Source of the DNA: Octopus sinensis | Taxonomy: Eukaryota | Assembly: GCF_006345805.1 (NCBI RefSeq) | Contig: NC_043011.1 | Span: 10,292,001-10,356,000, forward strand | Direction of reading: 5' to 3' | DNA: 64,000 nt | Shown here: piece after piece, positions 51,478 through 64,000 of the stretch | Layout: every line of letters starts with the position of its first letter | Numbering within the stretch: position 1 is the first letter of the stretch | The notes under the pieces: generated by a model | What the model was told of the DNA's origin: nothing | Seen by the model: only the letters and a program-made list of their open reading frames with translations | Database searches by the model: none | Position numbers and translations under genes: made by a program

Positions 51478-51830
51478 ATCATGGCTGTGTGATAAGGAGT
51501 TTGCTTCCCAACCATTCAGGGTTCAGGGTTCAGTCCCACGTCATGGTACCTGGGGAAAATATCTGCTACTGTAGCCTCAGGCCAACCAAAGCCTAGTGAG
51601 TTGATTTATTGATGGAAACTGAAAGAAGCCTGTTGCATATGTATGTGTTTCTCCTCCACCACTGTTTGACAACCAGTGTTGATTTGTTTACACCCTTAAC
51701 TTAGTAGTTCAGCAAAAGAGACCAATAGAATAAGTACCAGGCTTCATATATATACTGGAGCCAATTTATTCCACTAAAAACTTCCCCAAGGTGGTGCCCC
51801 AGCATGGTCACAGTCAAATGACAGAAACAA
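51478..51830 (+). mobile_element. SINE family A (preceded by a family B remnant at ~51400-51470)
   Basis: Head ATGGCTGTGTGATAAGGAGTTTGC, body and CCCCAGCATGGTCACAGTCAAATGACAGAAACAAG tail. Confidence 0.8.
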
Positions 51831-52639
51831 GAAAAAAAATACAGGTTGGCCCTTTTGTGCAAGTTGCCAATCCCATAATTCCAATGTTTTTAGGTAGCAG
51901 AGTGTGGGTGTTGTGTTATTATTTGCAAACTGACACATAAGTTGTTGTTAGGTAAACAAAATCATTAACAACGGTTAACCATTCAATCTATAAGAACCAA
52001 CATTGATTGTGCACTTTCATATACACCAAGCATCAGTCTAGGACAATGTTACAGAGCCCATCATGAAATGATGGGTTGTGTTGAAGGAGGAATCCATGAT
52101 CTTTGCAGGCTTTCCAGGCTGTTTAGGTCGATGTGATTGTTGGCTTGGAAAACCATAGCTAGGAGAGATCTACAAAAGGTTGCATTCTTGGGTAAAAGGA
52201 CTTGGAAAAGTGTTTAGTCTGGGTCTGAGGAAGTAGAACTCAGTAAAGCTGAGATGAAAGGGTGTTGGTGGAGGAGAGGCCACTAGTGGTGGCATGTAAG
52301 TTGGTAGTAAAAACATTTTGGTATGTGCTTAATTGGTAATCAGTAAAGAGTTCTGTTTCAGTCAGCCCAAATGACAGCTGTTTGGTTGTCAAAGTGGTAG
52401 AAGGTGGCTGCAGTAGAAGAGACATGATGGAATTGGTTGTTGTGAGAACTCTGGTTAAAAATAAAAATCTATTTTAATTTTGTGTTTCATCTTATATGGA
52501 AGTGCTCAGCAACTCACCTCAAAACTTTTCTCTACCGAAACAACTTCTTATTCCTAACTCTACTTTAGTCTCATCTCTTTTATTCTTTCCTTTCTGATTT
52601 TATTCTTTTCCATAGAAGCAGTTATTACTATTGTTGTTG

Positions 52640-52860
52640 TTGTGAGTTAGCAGAATGGTCAGTATGCTGGTCAAAATGTTTAGTGGCATTTTGTCTGTCT
52701 TAACGTTCTGAGTTCAAATTCCATTTAGGTCAACTTTGCCTTTTATACATTCAGAGTGAATAAAATAAGTACCATTTAAGTCCTGGGGTCGATGTAATCA
52801 ATTTACCCACTTCCTTGAAATTACTGGCCTTGTGCCAAAATTTGAAACCATAATCATTGT
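52640..52860 (+). mobile_element. SINE family B
   Basis: GTGAGTTAGCAGAATGG..TTCTGAGTTCAAATTCC..GGGGTCGATGTAATC..GGCCTTGTGCCAAAATTTGAAACC. Confidence 0.8.
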
Positions 52861-53149
52861 TGTTGTTGTTGTTGTTGTAGGCTGGCAGAAAAGTTAGCAT
52901 GTCAGATCCAACAATAGTAAACTGCTCCAAAACACAGTCATTTCATCTTGGGTCTGAAAAATCATTCCATTTTAAATAGTTTGGTTATTCTTGTTGTTAT
53001 TAACACGAATGAATGTGTTGGGATGATGGGGAGGGAAGAATCGGTCGGGTTCCAGACAAAAGAGAGTTTTTCCCTTCATGGGAGGAGTTCTCTAAACTTT
53101 GAGTCACAAACACAAATCTTATCCAATAAGAAAAAATAGATTTCCCTTG

Positions 53150-53520
53150 GGTGCCAGTATGGTTGTGTAGTTAACAAGTTTCCTTCACAACTTTGTGGTT
53201 TCAGGTTCAATATGGCACCGTATGGCACTGTATGGCACCTTGGATAAATGTCTTCCACTGCAGACCTAGATTATCCATTGCCTTGAAAGTGAACTGAAAG
53301 ATGGAAACTGTGTAAGCCTATGTGTGCTTTTGTCTCTCATTGGTTGAAACTAGTGTTGGTTTGTTTACGTTCCTGTAACTCAGCAGTTTGGCAAAAAGAC
53401 ACTATTAGAATAAGTATCAGAATTACAAATAAGTACTGGGGTCAATTTGACCAACTGGACTATGTAAGGTGGTGCTCCAGCATGATCACAGACCAGTGAG
53501 TGACACAAGTAAAGGAATAA
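53150..53520 (+). mobile_element. SINE family A, older copy
   Basis: Head, body and GGTGGTGCTCCAGCATG tail; short internal TATGGCAC triplication. Confidence 0.75.
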
Positions 53521-56409
53521 GTCTCAAATGTTAATATATTACAATTTTAGAAATTTGTTTGTTTTTTTTTATTTTCGCTTTTGGGTTTAAATATTGAAAG
53601 AAAGGATTGTGGAGAGTTATTGAGTTGAATGTGTTGCAATTGTAAAATGGACTTGGAACTATTTTTGATTTCCATTCTGGTTTCAAATCTCATCGAAATC
53701 AACTTTATATTCCTCGAAGATGAAGAAGGAACAGAATTATCCTGATATGCAATTAAAACAGTTATTCTCATCATGTGTCAAGGGAAGAATTTATTATTCT
53801 AAAGAATATTCTAAAAAATTCATTGAGTAATCTCAACAATACCAGTTCCTACGTTTCCTTAAGCCCATACAACAGAGTTAATACCATTTTTATCTAATCA
53901 GCTCTATCCATCAATGGGTTATCATCCTACTGAATTCAAGAAGCTATGTTAGGACTTAAGTTGTGTGCTATAGAACATGCATCAATCATACAAGACTCCC
54001 ACAGGCTACCAGTAATCATTCAGATTGATTGATTTAGTTGGCTTTCTTCACCAATTTCTCTAGAATAACAGGAGAAGTCAACTACAGTAATGTCTCTAAT
54101 GAAACGCTCATTAATTTTACAGTGTTCCCACTGCTTCCAACTGCACCTGGAAAACAAGCCATTCAAATTTTCATAAAAGAATGACAGTAGATAAATTGTG
54201 CCTGTGAGAGCCACAATGAAAGTTCTCTCAAGAGATTTATCTGATTTCTAAAGGAAATACAATTTGACAAAATGCACAAGATACTTCCCAAAGATGCTAT
54301 TATATTTTTATACAACACACTTCCCCTGTTATAGAGATCCAGGTAGACATATGCCTTTTTAGAAGTAGTTTTTACAGATACTATGCCCAGAATATGTCAA
54401 ACAGTGCTTATGTATCAGAAATATAGCTGCTTCACCATTTAGCATTCAGATTACTCTGTTAAATATAATGTCTATTTATTCCCATTGTTTTGAATTAATC
54501 ATGCATTATCTTGTGGCTTCAAAATTTTGATGATGTGATTGCTTATTTTAAGAATGACATTGTAGAATAGGTGTGAGAGGCTGGATCTGGCTACCCTTAG
54601 CATAAAAGAAGTAGAATATTTGGGCCAGTTTAAATGCTAAAAGATTAAACTGATAAAAGTGTTGACTAATAACAGCTTAGTCTTGTTAGTAGTAAATAGA
54701 CGCCATAGAGTGATACAGCTCACAGTGGGAAGTTCATCTCTTCCCTTAGATAAAGCTTACAGAGATATGGTGGATGGGGAACTATATCAGGCTGAATTAT
54801 TCTATATAATGACAAATGTCCTGAAGTTATTAAAATTAATTGCCTAATTAGTGGATAGTTTTCATCCAAAATATTCATTCACTCACCATAAAGTCTGGTA
54901 AGTACAAGTAAGGCTTCACTAAGGAGAACAAGACTGAAATATGTTTAGTGTTATCGCTACATGTCCAAAGATTATACTGACCACTACAGGTATCCATTTA
55001 ATCTTTAATTAACGTCCATCTTAGATTTGTCAGCCTTGCTTTCTTTGATAAGAATTAATATAAATGATTTTTCATTCCCTCATGGATATAATTTCAAGCA
55101 TATGGAGGAGAAGGTGATAGCTGCTATATTAAATTTATAAAGGAAATCTATTTAAATAGATATCTTATGACCAATGCCAACTGTTTTTTCAGCAGTTTAG
55201 CATGTTAGAAAACAACAAAAATATAGTGTATCAATTGGATGCCACCTGTTAATTTGGTTAAGGGATAATAAAAATAATTAGCAGACTACATCAACAGAGG
55301 CAAGTTTTTATTTTTATCTTTTTTTAAGTTAAGTTTCATCTCGTCTCGGATTTATTCTGGTGATCTCCTGGCAAATCAATATATCTCTACATTGAACAAT
55401 ATGGCTTCCGTCTATCATTCATCAGGCAGGTTTCAGTATTGGACATGACGAATAATTTTCAATTTTAGAATATATCTTTCTAGAACATAGAATATGATGA
55501 TGTATTGAAGAAGTATCACTGCTATGTTGTCCCATAACACAGTGAACAGTTTACTCAGAGTCATTGGTAATTCTCCACGTTAGAATGGAAAACGGATAGT
55601 TTAGAATAATAAAATCATTAATCATTTAGTTCAGATGGGAGAATAATGAGAAAAAGTAGGAATTTGGAGCTGGTAGTTGTTGATGTATTTATTCTTCTGA
55701 AGGAATACTACAGTCAATTGTTTGGGCAGACCTGTGGGGGGGGGGGACAGAAGTAAAGTAACAATTGTTTGTAAATATAATGCAAGGTAGACAAAGTGAG
55801 TCTAGCAACATGCTCCAAATTCCACAACTTACATTAAGCAACCAAATACCATTTGACAAATATAATCCTAACCAAACAAAATAGGACGGACATACCAAGC
55901 TTGCTGGATAAGAATGTCACCACCAAATATTATTTGTAAATATAAAGGTTTGATAGATCAAAGGAATTCAAAGACTTGTGATCTTTTTAAAGCTCGATGA
56001 GAAAGAAGTCTTATAGTGGAAGAGGTACTAAATATTAAAAATAACTTTTCTAAATGCTCTGATTCCTATTTCCACTTGCCAGTGGACCTGCCATACAAGA
56101 GTGGATATAAATATCTATAGGTATCAATTACAATAACCTCATTTACACATCTTTTCCACACATCCAATGGGACTGATTTACCAAGTTTCATAATGGATCA
56201 AGTGAATTTTAATTGTTTGATGCCCAGGGTTGTAGTCCAATCCCAGATTAATCATTAAACAATATAAGTATGTGCTTAGGGCATTAAAGATTAGGGGAAC
56301 AACAGAGATTTGATTATGCCTTACTGGATTTACCAAGGTGAAAACAGCTGAATCAGGACTGCAAAAAAAATATTAAGAATTTCCATTTTCCCCCACCATC
56401 GTAATAAAT

Positions 56410-56715
56410 CATCATCATCATCATCTTCATTTAGCGTCCGCTTTCCATGCTAGCATGGGTTGGACGGTTCAACTGGGGTCTGGGAAGCCAGAAGGCTGCA
56501 CCAGGCCCAGTCTGATCTGGCAATGTTTCTACGGCTGGATGCTCTTCCTAACGCCAACCACTCCGTGAGTGTAGTGGGTGCTTTTTATGTGCCACCAGCA
56601 CAGCTGCCAGACGGCCATGGTCGGATGGTGCTTTTTACGTGCCACCGGCACGGGGGCCAGGTGAGGCTGGCAACGGCCACAATCGGATGGTGCTTTTTAC
56701 ATGCCACCGGCACGA
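56410..56715 (-). mobile_element. RTE-tail short element (family C), young
   Basis: Near-identical to 10930-11190 including GGATGGTGCTTTTTACGTGCCACCGGCAC repeats. Confidence 0.9.
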
Positions 56716-57452
56716 TAAATAATTTGTTTATATTGATTACTGCTACATAATGATAAACAGGGATAAGTGGGTCCCCCATACAGCCAAGTGTGTAACTGTG
56801 GACAATGAGTGGAGAAATGGCGAGTTAGGTTGCCGTCTAGGAGTAATTTTTGGTATAAATGGAAGAAATCAGTGAAATGGTTGATGAGTATTACTGACCA
56901 ACTTTGAGCAGACTTAATCTGATGCTGGATTAAATGGTGAAGTAAGCAGCCTATAAAGAATATAGATGAAGGAAAATATCTCAGGAAACATACTGTATAT
57001 TACATAGAGTTTCAAACATATGCTAAATACAAATAGAACAAGGTCTTACATATGTAATGCAAGGTGAAAACTTCGCTAGTTTGTAGATATAAAATGTTTA
57101 CCTGTCTGTTGTTTAGGTCAAATAATTCAGTGTAATCAATGTGTATTAGGATACAGTAGAGAGTTAAGAAAGCCATGTTGTCAGGAATAGAATGGGGAGC
57201 ACCCATGGCTATGTCTTTGTGGGACATTTTCTTTTGATTTTGTTTTAGGGTCAGAGTAGTGATAAGAAGTTATCTTCAAACTAGAGAACTTACAACAGAG
57301 TGAACTCTACAAAAGATACCTAAGGACCAGGAGGAAATGTTAAAACGGGTGACAGATTAAGTTTACAGTTCAGAAACTCAAGACTGGCTGAAAGTTGGGA
57401 TAATTACACAGATTTTTTAAATAAGGACTCTGAGGGTCCTAATATATAAGTA

Positions 57453-57621
57453 GCACAGGAGTGGCTGTGTGGTAAGTAGCTTGCTTACCAACCACATAGT
57501 TCCGGGTTCATTCCCACTGCGTAGCACCTTGGCAAGTGTCTTCTACTATAGCCTCAGGCCAGCCAAAGCCTTGTGAGTGGATTTGGTAGATGGAAACTGA
57601 AAGAAGCCTGTCGTATATATG

Positions 57622-57658
<37 letters not shown>

Positions 57659-57889
57659 GTGTGTGTGTGTGTGTGTGTTTGTGTGTTTGTGTGTGTCCCC
57701 CCAACATCACTTGACAACCGATGATGGTGTGCTTACATCACTATAACTTAACGGTTCAGCAAAAGGGACCGATAGAATAAGTACTAGGCTTCCAAAGAAT
57801 AAGTCCTGGGGTTGATTTGCTTGACTAAAGGCGGTGCTCCAGCATGACCACAGTCAAATGACTGAAACAAGTAAAAGAGTAAAAGAGTA
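57453..57889 (+). mobile_element. SINE family A, young full-length copy
   Basis: Complete head, body and tail as at 37991. Confidence 0.9.
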
Positions 57890-59136
57890 GATGAACACAA
57901 CAGCATTTATTCAAAGTAGAGTTAAGTCCTTGACCCCAGGACACAGGAGTTTATTAAATGTTCCTTACCGACATCACTCAATAAATCAGGAAAGGTTTTA
58001 GAACATATCTGGTAAACACTGAAATATAAAACTCCGTACAATAAAACTTGGAACTTGAGATTGGAAAGAATGGAACAAAATATAAGAACAAACTAAAAAC
58101 TACAGAATGATGAAATTATATGAAAGAAAGGTGACTTATTCCTATAAAACCCTTTATATTTCAAGTCAGACTTTATATTCTAGCCAAGTACAACCTGCAA
58201 ATTAATAAAGGTTCATAACAGTGTTAGACTCACTTTCCATACTGGCAGGGTCACTATCACTGAAGTCAACATATATTTGGGGGTATTGTCACCTGAGTAG
58301 GAATGGGGGCTCATTTCACTCATGTTTCATTTATTGCTTGGGTTGCCCTTCCCAACACCAATCACTTTACAGGGAACACTAGAAAGGTGTTATGCCCTCA
58401 ACAAGAGTGCAAGATATTGTTATTTTGTACATAAAAAAAAAAATTTATGATGTAGGATAAACATTTATATAGAATAATCTAGACAATGAAAGGTAATTTT
58501 TACCTCATTAACTCATTACATTCACTGCCTTTATTTCATTAATTTTGAAAATAATGAAGAATTTTTTAAAAAGTTGTCGTTATTAATTTGGTGTTTGGAA
58601 TTCATATGGAATTTAGATGGAAGAAGGTTTCGATGAAGATTATAGATAATTGATATCATAAAGTGAAAGGCAGTCACTGATGGTTTAGTCCCAAAACGGT
58701 AAAGATATTTACTCCTGCCCTCTTTAAAATGTGGAAGAGTTATTAAATGGATTTATTATATACAAAAAATAGTAATTTGGCCAAATTTAATCAAGTAAAA
58801 TAACGGTAACACCTGAACACAACTAATGTCGACCCTAATAAACTTGTAGTGAGACCCTTTTTCTGTTCTGATATTTTATGTTCAGCTAGCCCTGATATTT
58901 ATGGCTCCATTCGATAATCTTTAATTATTGGTCATTTGACCTATCATATGAGTTTGGAACACGTGGTTGAGTCTTGTATTTTGATTGGTCGTGTATTGCG
59001 CGGGATAAGGATCTCGGATCCAATCACGTTGCACGTAACACAAGCTCAAACAATAAATCTCTGAATCATCGCTGGATCCTAACATCTTCTGCTTGGAAAT
59101 AGTTTTATCTAATCCTTTGTGGCCAGTGCGATGAGG

Positions 59137-59214
59137 GATTTTCCCGGAGCACGAGTTGGTTACAAGTGCTTGGTTATAACAACAGGATAATACAACTCGT
59201 GCTCCGGGAAAATC
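59137..59214. repeat. Perfect 22-bp inverted repeat with a 34-nt spacer
   Basis: GATTTTCCCGGAGCACGAGTTG (59137-59158) and CAACTCGTGCTCCGGGAAAATC (59193-59214). Confidence 0.9.
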
Positions 59215-60255
59215 GTGATGTTATTTGGTCCATTGTATAATTTAGCAGAGGAATAAAGTCTCGTTGTTAGTCAAAAGTTCGTTTCTTGTATTATTTCTAC
59301 GAGTTAATACGCCGCACATGTTATATAATAGTATGCAACATGCCGTAGTAAACCAAGAGATACTTTATAATCAACCACAGCTAAAAATGTAACATGCCAT
59401 TCATGATCATCTTTATTTTCCAGCCAGTGAACTGCATTACTTGATATATTCTTTTTTAAATACGGTATGGTGTCCAACGGGGTCCCATCTTTTAGCAATT
59501 CGGACGATCACGAAGACGTTCCCCTCATTGGCCCAGGGTCAACCCTCACCTATGATCAAAGCACAACTGTGACCATCTTGTCTCTTTCGGGGGATATAGG
59601 ACTATATCATCTAATATGTCACTCTATTTTTAAGACAGCAGAGTGTGATTTGAGAGAGATTTGACTGTTGTTTCTAGCATGGTGTACAACAACGTATCCT
59701 TTGTTACATGCTTAAGGTAACATCTAAAGCATTGTTAATTACTACATTAACAGTGGAATACCACCTAAAATATTGATATATATCAACACATATATCGACA
59801 ACAAATATATATCCTGTAGATATATAATGTTACATAGCTTCCATGTGAAGCAAATAAACTGTATTTAAGACAATAGTAATTTCAGTACGGTAACGAAGTA
59901 AAAAAGGGGAATATCTAATATGAAAACTTTTCAACCAAAACAAAAATAAGATGAAAAATAAAAATAAAACTTTTCAAAACCATTTTAGTAAAAATGAAAC
60001 ATGAGAAACGAAAGAGAGAGAATATGAAGTTCGAGTTTAGAAGAAATGTTTCTAGTTTACAAATTGGAAATAGGTTTGAAGAAAAATTTGTTTGAATGGC
60101 ATAAAAAATGATTCGATCTAAAATATTTAAGGAAATTCTTGCAGTTTGTCGAACAAGATTAAATAGTAAATGGAATACAGACAACATCACAACAACAAAG
60201 ACATGTCAATTTTTGTTGAGGTGTTCATTCAAACAAGCAGACGACCACCACGTTA

Positions 60256-60286
<31 letters not shown>

Positions 60287-60818
60287 GGTGGTGGTGGTGG
60301 TCGTCGTCGTCACCATAATGACTGCTGGTTGTTCTTTCATTATGGCAGGAGGGCAAAGAGAAAGAGAATGAGAGAGAGAGAGAGAGAGCTTTATTTGAAG
60401 CAAGTAGGAAGGAGTATATTGTTGAACATGTTTTGTCGGAAACTCTCTCAGTTACATCTAATTGTACCGATAGGAAGTTGTTAAAAGTATATAACCTTTA
60501 TCAATTATATGTGTGTGTACGAAGAGAGAGAGAGAGACGGAATAAGAAAAGGAAAGATATGGTGAATCCTCCGTCTGTCTCTTCAGTGAGCATTCAGTTG
60601 TCCAACAAACTGAATCATACTTGTGGATTTAACGTGGCTGAGTATTTCACGGAGATATTACTCTCCGAGTAAATTTTCTACACACACACAATTTACCTCA
60701 AGGATACAAGTATCACTGGAATGTATAAACAAGAGATTGGAAGACATTTTTGGTATTATTTGTTCACCATTACATAGGTTTCATATGCTAATATCATATA
60801 TCTATATCTATATATCTA

Positions 60819-60858
<40 letters not shown>

Positions 60859-61019
60859 ATTTGTGATGGCTAATCTCAAAAGTTGTACACCAAAGAAGCA
60901 CGGCAAGTGGTGGCTGAATCAGACCTATTTGCCTATGCTGGCAAGACAAAACTGTTAGAATAAAGATTTGGCTGTTATAATATCCTGGGTTTCTCATTCA
61001 TTATGTTCTGGCCGGTCTC

Positions 61020-61560
61020 CATCACCTCCATTGTACCATGTTACCTGCTTAATAAAGACAATATTGATCTGATTGCATTCAACCCAACCACTACCATCAC
61101 CTTTTATCAGTCTACTCTCTTCCATCAAAATGCTTGTATAACAAGGGATGGCTTCAGATCCTTTTATAGTCAGTAGACCCACACATCACCCTTCTCCACT
61201 ACTAGCCATCCTTCTCACTCCTCTGTGTCACCATATTAACACCTCCAGTCTGTCTAAACATCAATATTTAGTACTATTCTCTAATCTCTTTTCCCTCCTC
61301 TTCATTGACAGGCATCATCCTCTTCTTCCTTCATCCCTATATCATCCTCTTCTTCCTTCATCCCTATATCTGTCCTTATTACACCCTCTTACTCAACCAT
61401 GATCGCCATGCTGTGTTTTACGATTCAATCTCCTTACCAACAACTCGCATATAGCTTCTACATATTGTCTCCCAATCTTCTCAAGCCAACCAAGCTCTTG
61501 GCCATACCACACTATGCTTTCCTCCACCATCATCCATGCAGCCACTACACCAAACCAGGC
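61020..61560 (-). mobile_element. Possible decayed RTE endonuclease N-terminal region
   Basis: VECNQINIVFIKQVTWYNG weakly resembles the APE L.R..+D+.C+QE.RW.G motif. Confidence 0.25.
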
Positions 61561-62749
61561 GCAGCTATAAGCACTCCAATTGTGCAGTAATTATTTCTAT
61601 CACTCATTGATGGTTTGGTCTCTCTCTCTCCTATCTCTCCCACTTTTGCACACAGAAGTGTGTGCATATATTATGTACACACACACATTAAACATATATG
61701 ATAGACTTTCACATATGCAATATAGTTAACGCTTTGGTTAATCTCCTTCAAGGAATGCTGAAAACTTAAACACAACAAGGGAAATTAATAACAGCTAATC
61801 TAAGAAACTGCAATTTGGAGAGGGTCCAACAAGAGAGACCATTGAATATGTTTCAATGTTATTAAACCTCATCAGTAAAACAAAGTCGTGCTCACCTAAC
61901 ACTTGAAATAATTTTTATCCTGTTACTTAGCAGTTCAACAAAGAGATATTAATAAGTACTAGACTAAAGTAAGAGCTGGAGTTGATATGATCAACTAAAT
62001 TCTTGGAGGTGGTGCTCCAACATGGCTGCAGACCATTTACTGAAACCAAAAAAATAAGAATGAAATAATTCTACATTTGTTGCTGTTGTTTAGCTTCAAT
62101 TCTGGTCAAAGACATTCCAGTGTTGGCATACCAATAATTTTTTCTTTGGATGTTATCCTTCCTTAAGACAGCATGGTGTGATATGGTAAAGTTTCACATA
62201 TATGTGAAGGACATTTAACAGCTATTTCTAGCATCCACATGACTGATGCTTCATTGCTCAAGATACTAAAGTCCTTGTTGTTGTTGTTGATTAGCCTCAA
62301 GTCAACACTGATTATACAGACCTACAACCACAGGTACTCCAGCCATGGTAATCACATGGTTCCAAAATCTGTCCCTGTTGAGTGATACTTTGGGCAAGTA
62401 TATTCCATTGTAGCCCTGAGATGATGTATAATAGATTAATAGAATTTAGTAGATGGAAACAATATATAAATGCATTACACACACACACACATGCATGTAC
62501 GTGTGTATATATCAAATAAAGGGGATTAAAATCCAAAGTGGATCCTCAGTAAGCACTTCTGCAAGCATCAGCTATCATGGTATATATTTGTAAATGGGTT
62601 TTCTTAAGTAAGACAACTATCCATACAAGCTGAACCTCCAAGTCAAATAGATTGGTCACAGAGTATGAATACATTAAATTTAAGAATGGAAATTATGGGA
62701 TTATCTTTAATTTTTTATGTATATGTGCATATGTGTGGGTGTATATACG

Positions 62750-62760
62750 TATGTACATAC

Positions 62761-62842
<82 letters not shown>
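62750..62842. repeat. (TACA)n(TA)n microsatellite
   Basis: Read directly. Confidence 0.95.
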
Positions 62843-62845
<3 letters not shown>

Positions 62846-64000
62846 AGCATCTATTTGACAGATGTCTTGTGGTATCCATTCTCACTCTTTGCATTCAGAT
62901 GGCAAAGCCTGCAATGACATCATCATTACCAAGTTACAACTTGACCCCTTAGCTTTTCCCAAAGATAACATCTGACCTTCAAGAAAAAAGAGACTTCCAA
63001 ATATGGACAAATGTAAGTCTTTTGCACAAAAAATCTTGCACATGTCTGAAACTTGGAAAGGAAGTTTCCAAGAGTTGATACTCAAATTCTCAACAGCAGA
63101 CACCAATGGCCACTGGGTTGTATATGATTGTGTGTGTGCCAGTATAACATCATTTCATATATGCAGAGCTGAAGATATCAATATCAGTGAAAGTCTCAAG
63201 ATATTTGTTCTGCATTTAGTTACAAACACTCCCTTGTCACAGTCTCCATCATAAACCCAACAACAATAATGTTAACAACCAATTTTGATGTAAAATCAAA
63301 TAAAAACCTCATCATGCATCCTCAACATGGTTAACATTTCCTGAAGGAAACTGAAAAAGCTCGAAGATACGAATGCTTCAAACGTTTTCCCCCTGTAACC
63401 CCGGACACCCCTTCAGATCTGTACGAGTAAATATTAATAATGTAGTCACTTTTAACTGGTGTATCTGTGGTTTTGCTACTAGTCCTGGGTGAGACTATTT
63501 CACTTCACCAACCTTACCAATACCACAAACATACTAAATGCCCAGACATCAACACACACACTGCATACACAACATAAACACCCAGGTACACACTATATAT
63601 ATACACCGAGGCGCTCAGAAACAGCTGCATAAACAAACACAAACTTATTTAAACAGAAGCTTTTGAAGGTCCAGGCAGCGGAACTTTTCCTGCTTATACA
63701 TCACCAATATCACCTATTAATCTATCTCCTTATCTATCATATATTTATACACATCTTGACATACACCTATACCTGTGTGTATGTGTTTTAGATTTACTAT
63801 ATAATTATACACACACACACACACACACATATACACTAAATATGTCAGGGTGTATTTTTAGGTAGTAACGCTGTGACCATCTGCCGCGCCGAGCCTTTGG
63901 AGTCGGTTATAAATGGAAAGATAAAATAGACCAAGTTTGCTCACTAATTTATGGCATATATTACCAGATAAGGAGAAAGTAGGGCAACTACTGCAATGTA

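Noticed and set aside
62899-63012. Plus-strand segment with good acceptor and GTAAGT donor (DGKAC, EGF-like)
   Set aside because: Stops in all three frames; at most a non-coding exon.

Overview
AT-rich eukaryotic non-genic or intronic DNA packed with microsatellites and transposon relics. The SINE families and repeat landscape match my recollection of octopus (coleoid cephalopod) genomes; this is inference, not a database result. I could not confidently identify any intact host gene, rRNA, functional tRNA or CRISPR array. Most six-frame ORFs are translations of (TA)n/(CA)n/(ATT)n repeats. Supported content: (i) fragments of four non-LTR retrotransposon groups: restriction-like-endonuclease R4/Dong-type (at least 7 pieces, mostly next to TAA arrays), a young CR1-type copy at 45214-47113, RTE-type pieces and a Tx1/L1-type piece; (ii) hAT and Tc1/mariner fossils; (iii) more than 25 SINE copies; (iv) Penelope-like relics with minimal hammerhead-ribozyme motifs and fold-back palindromes. 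Most notable: a CR1 insertion whose 5' junction appears to record a microhomology-primed template jump, two or three LINE-SINE 3'-tail partnerships visible in one window, a ~530-bp non-coding element in TAA arrays beside R4/Dong fragments, and hammerhead-centred palindromes. Boundaries of decayed elements are approximate (tens of bp).
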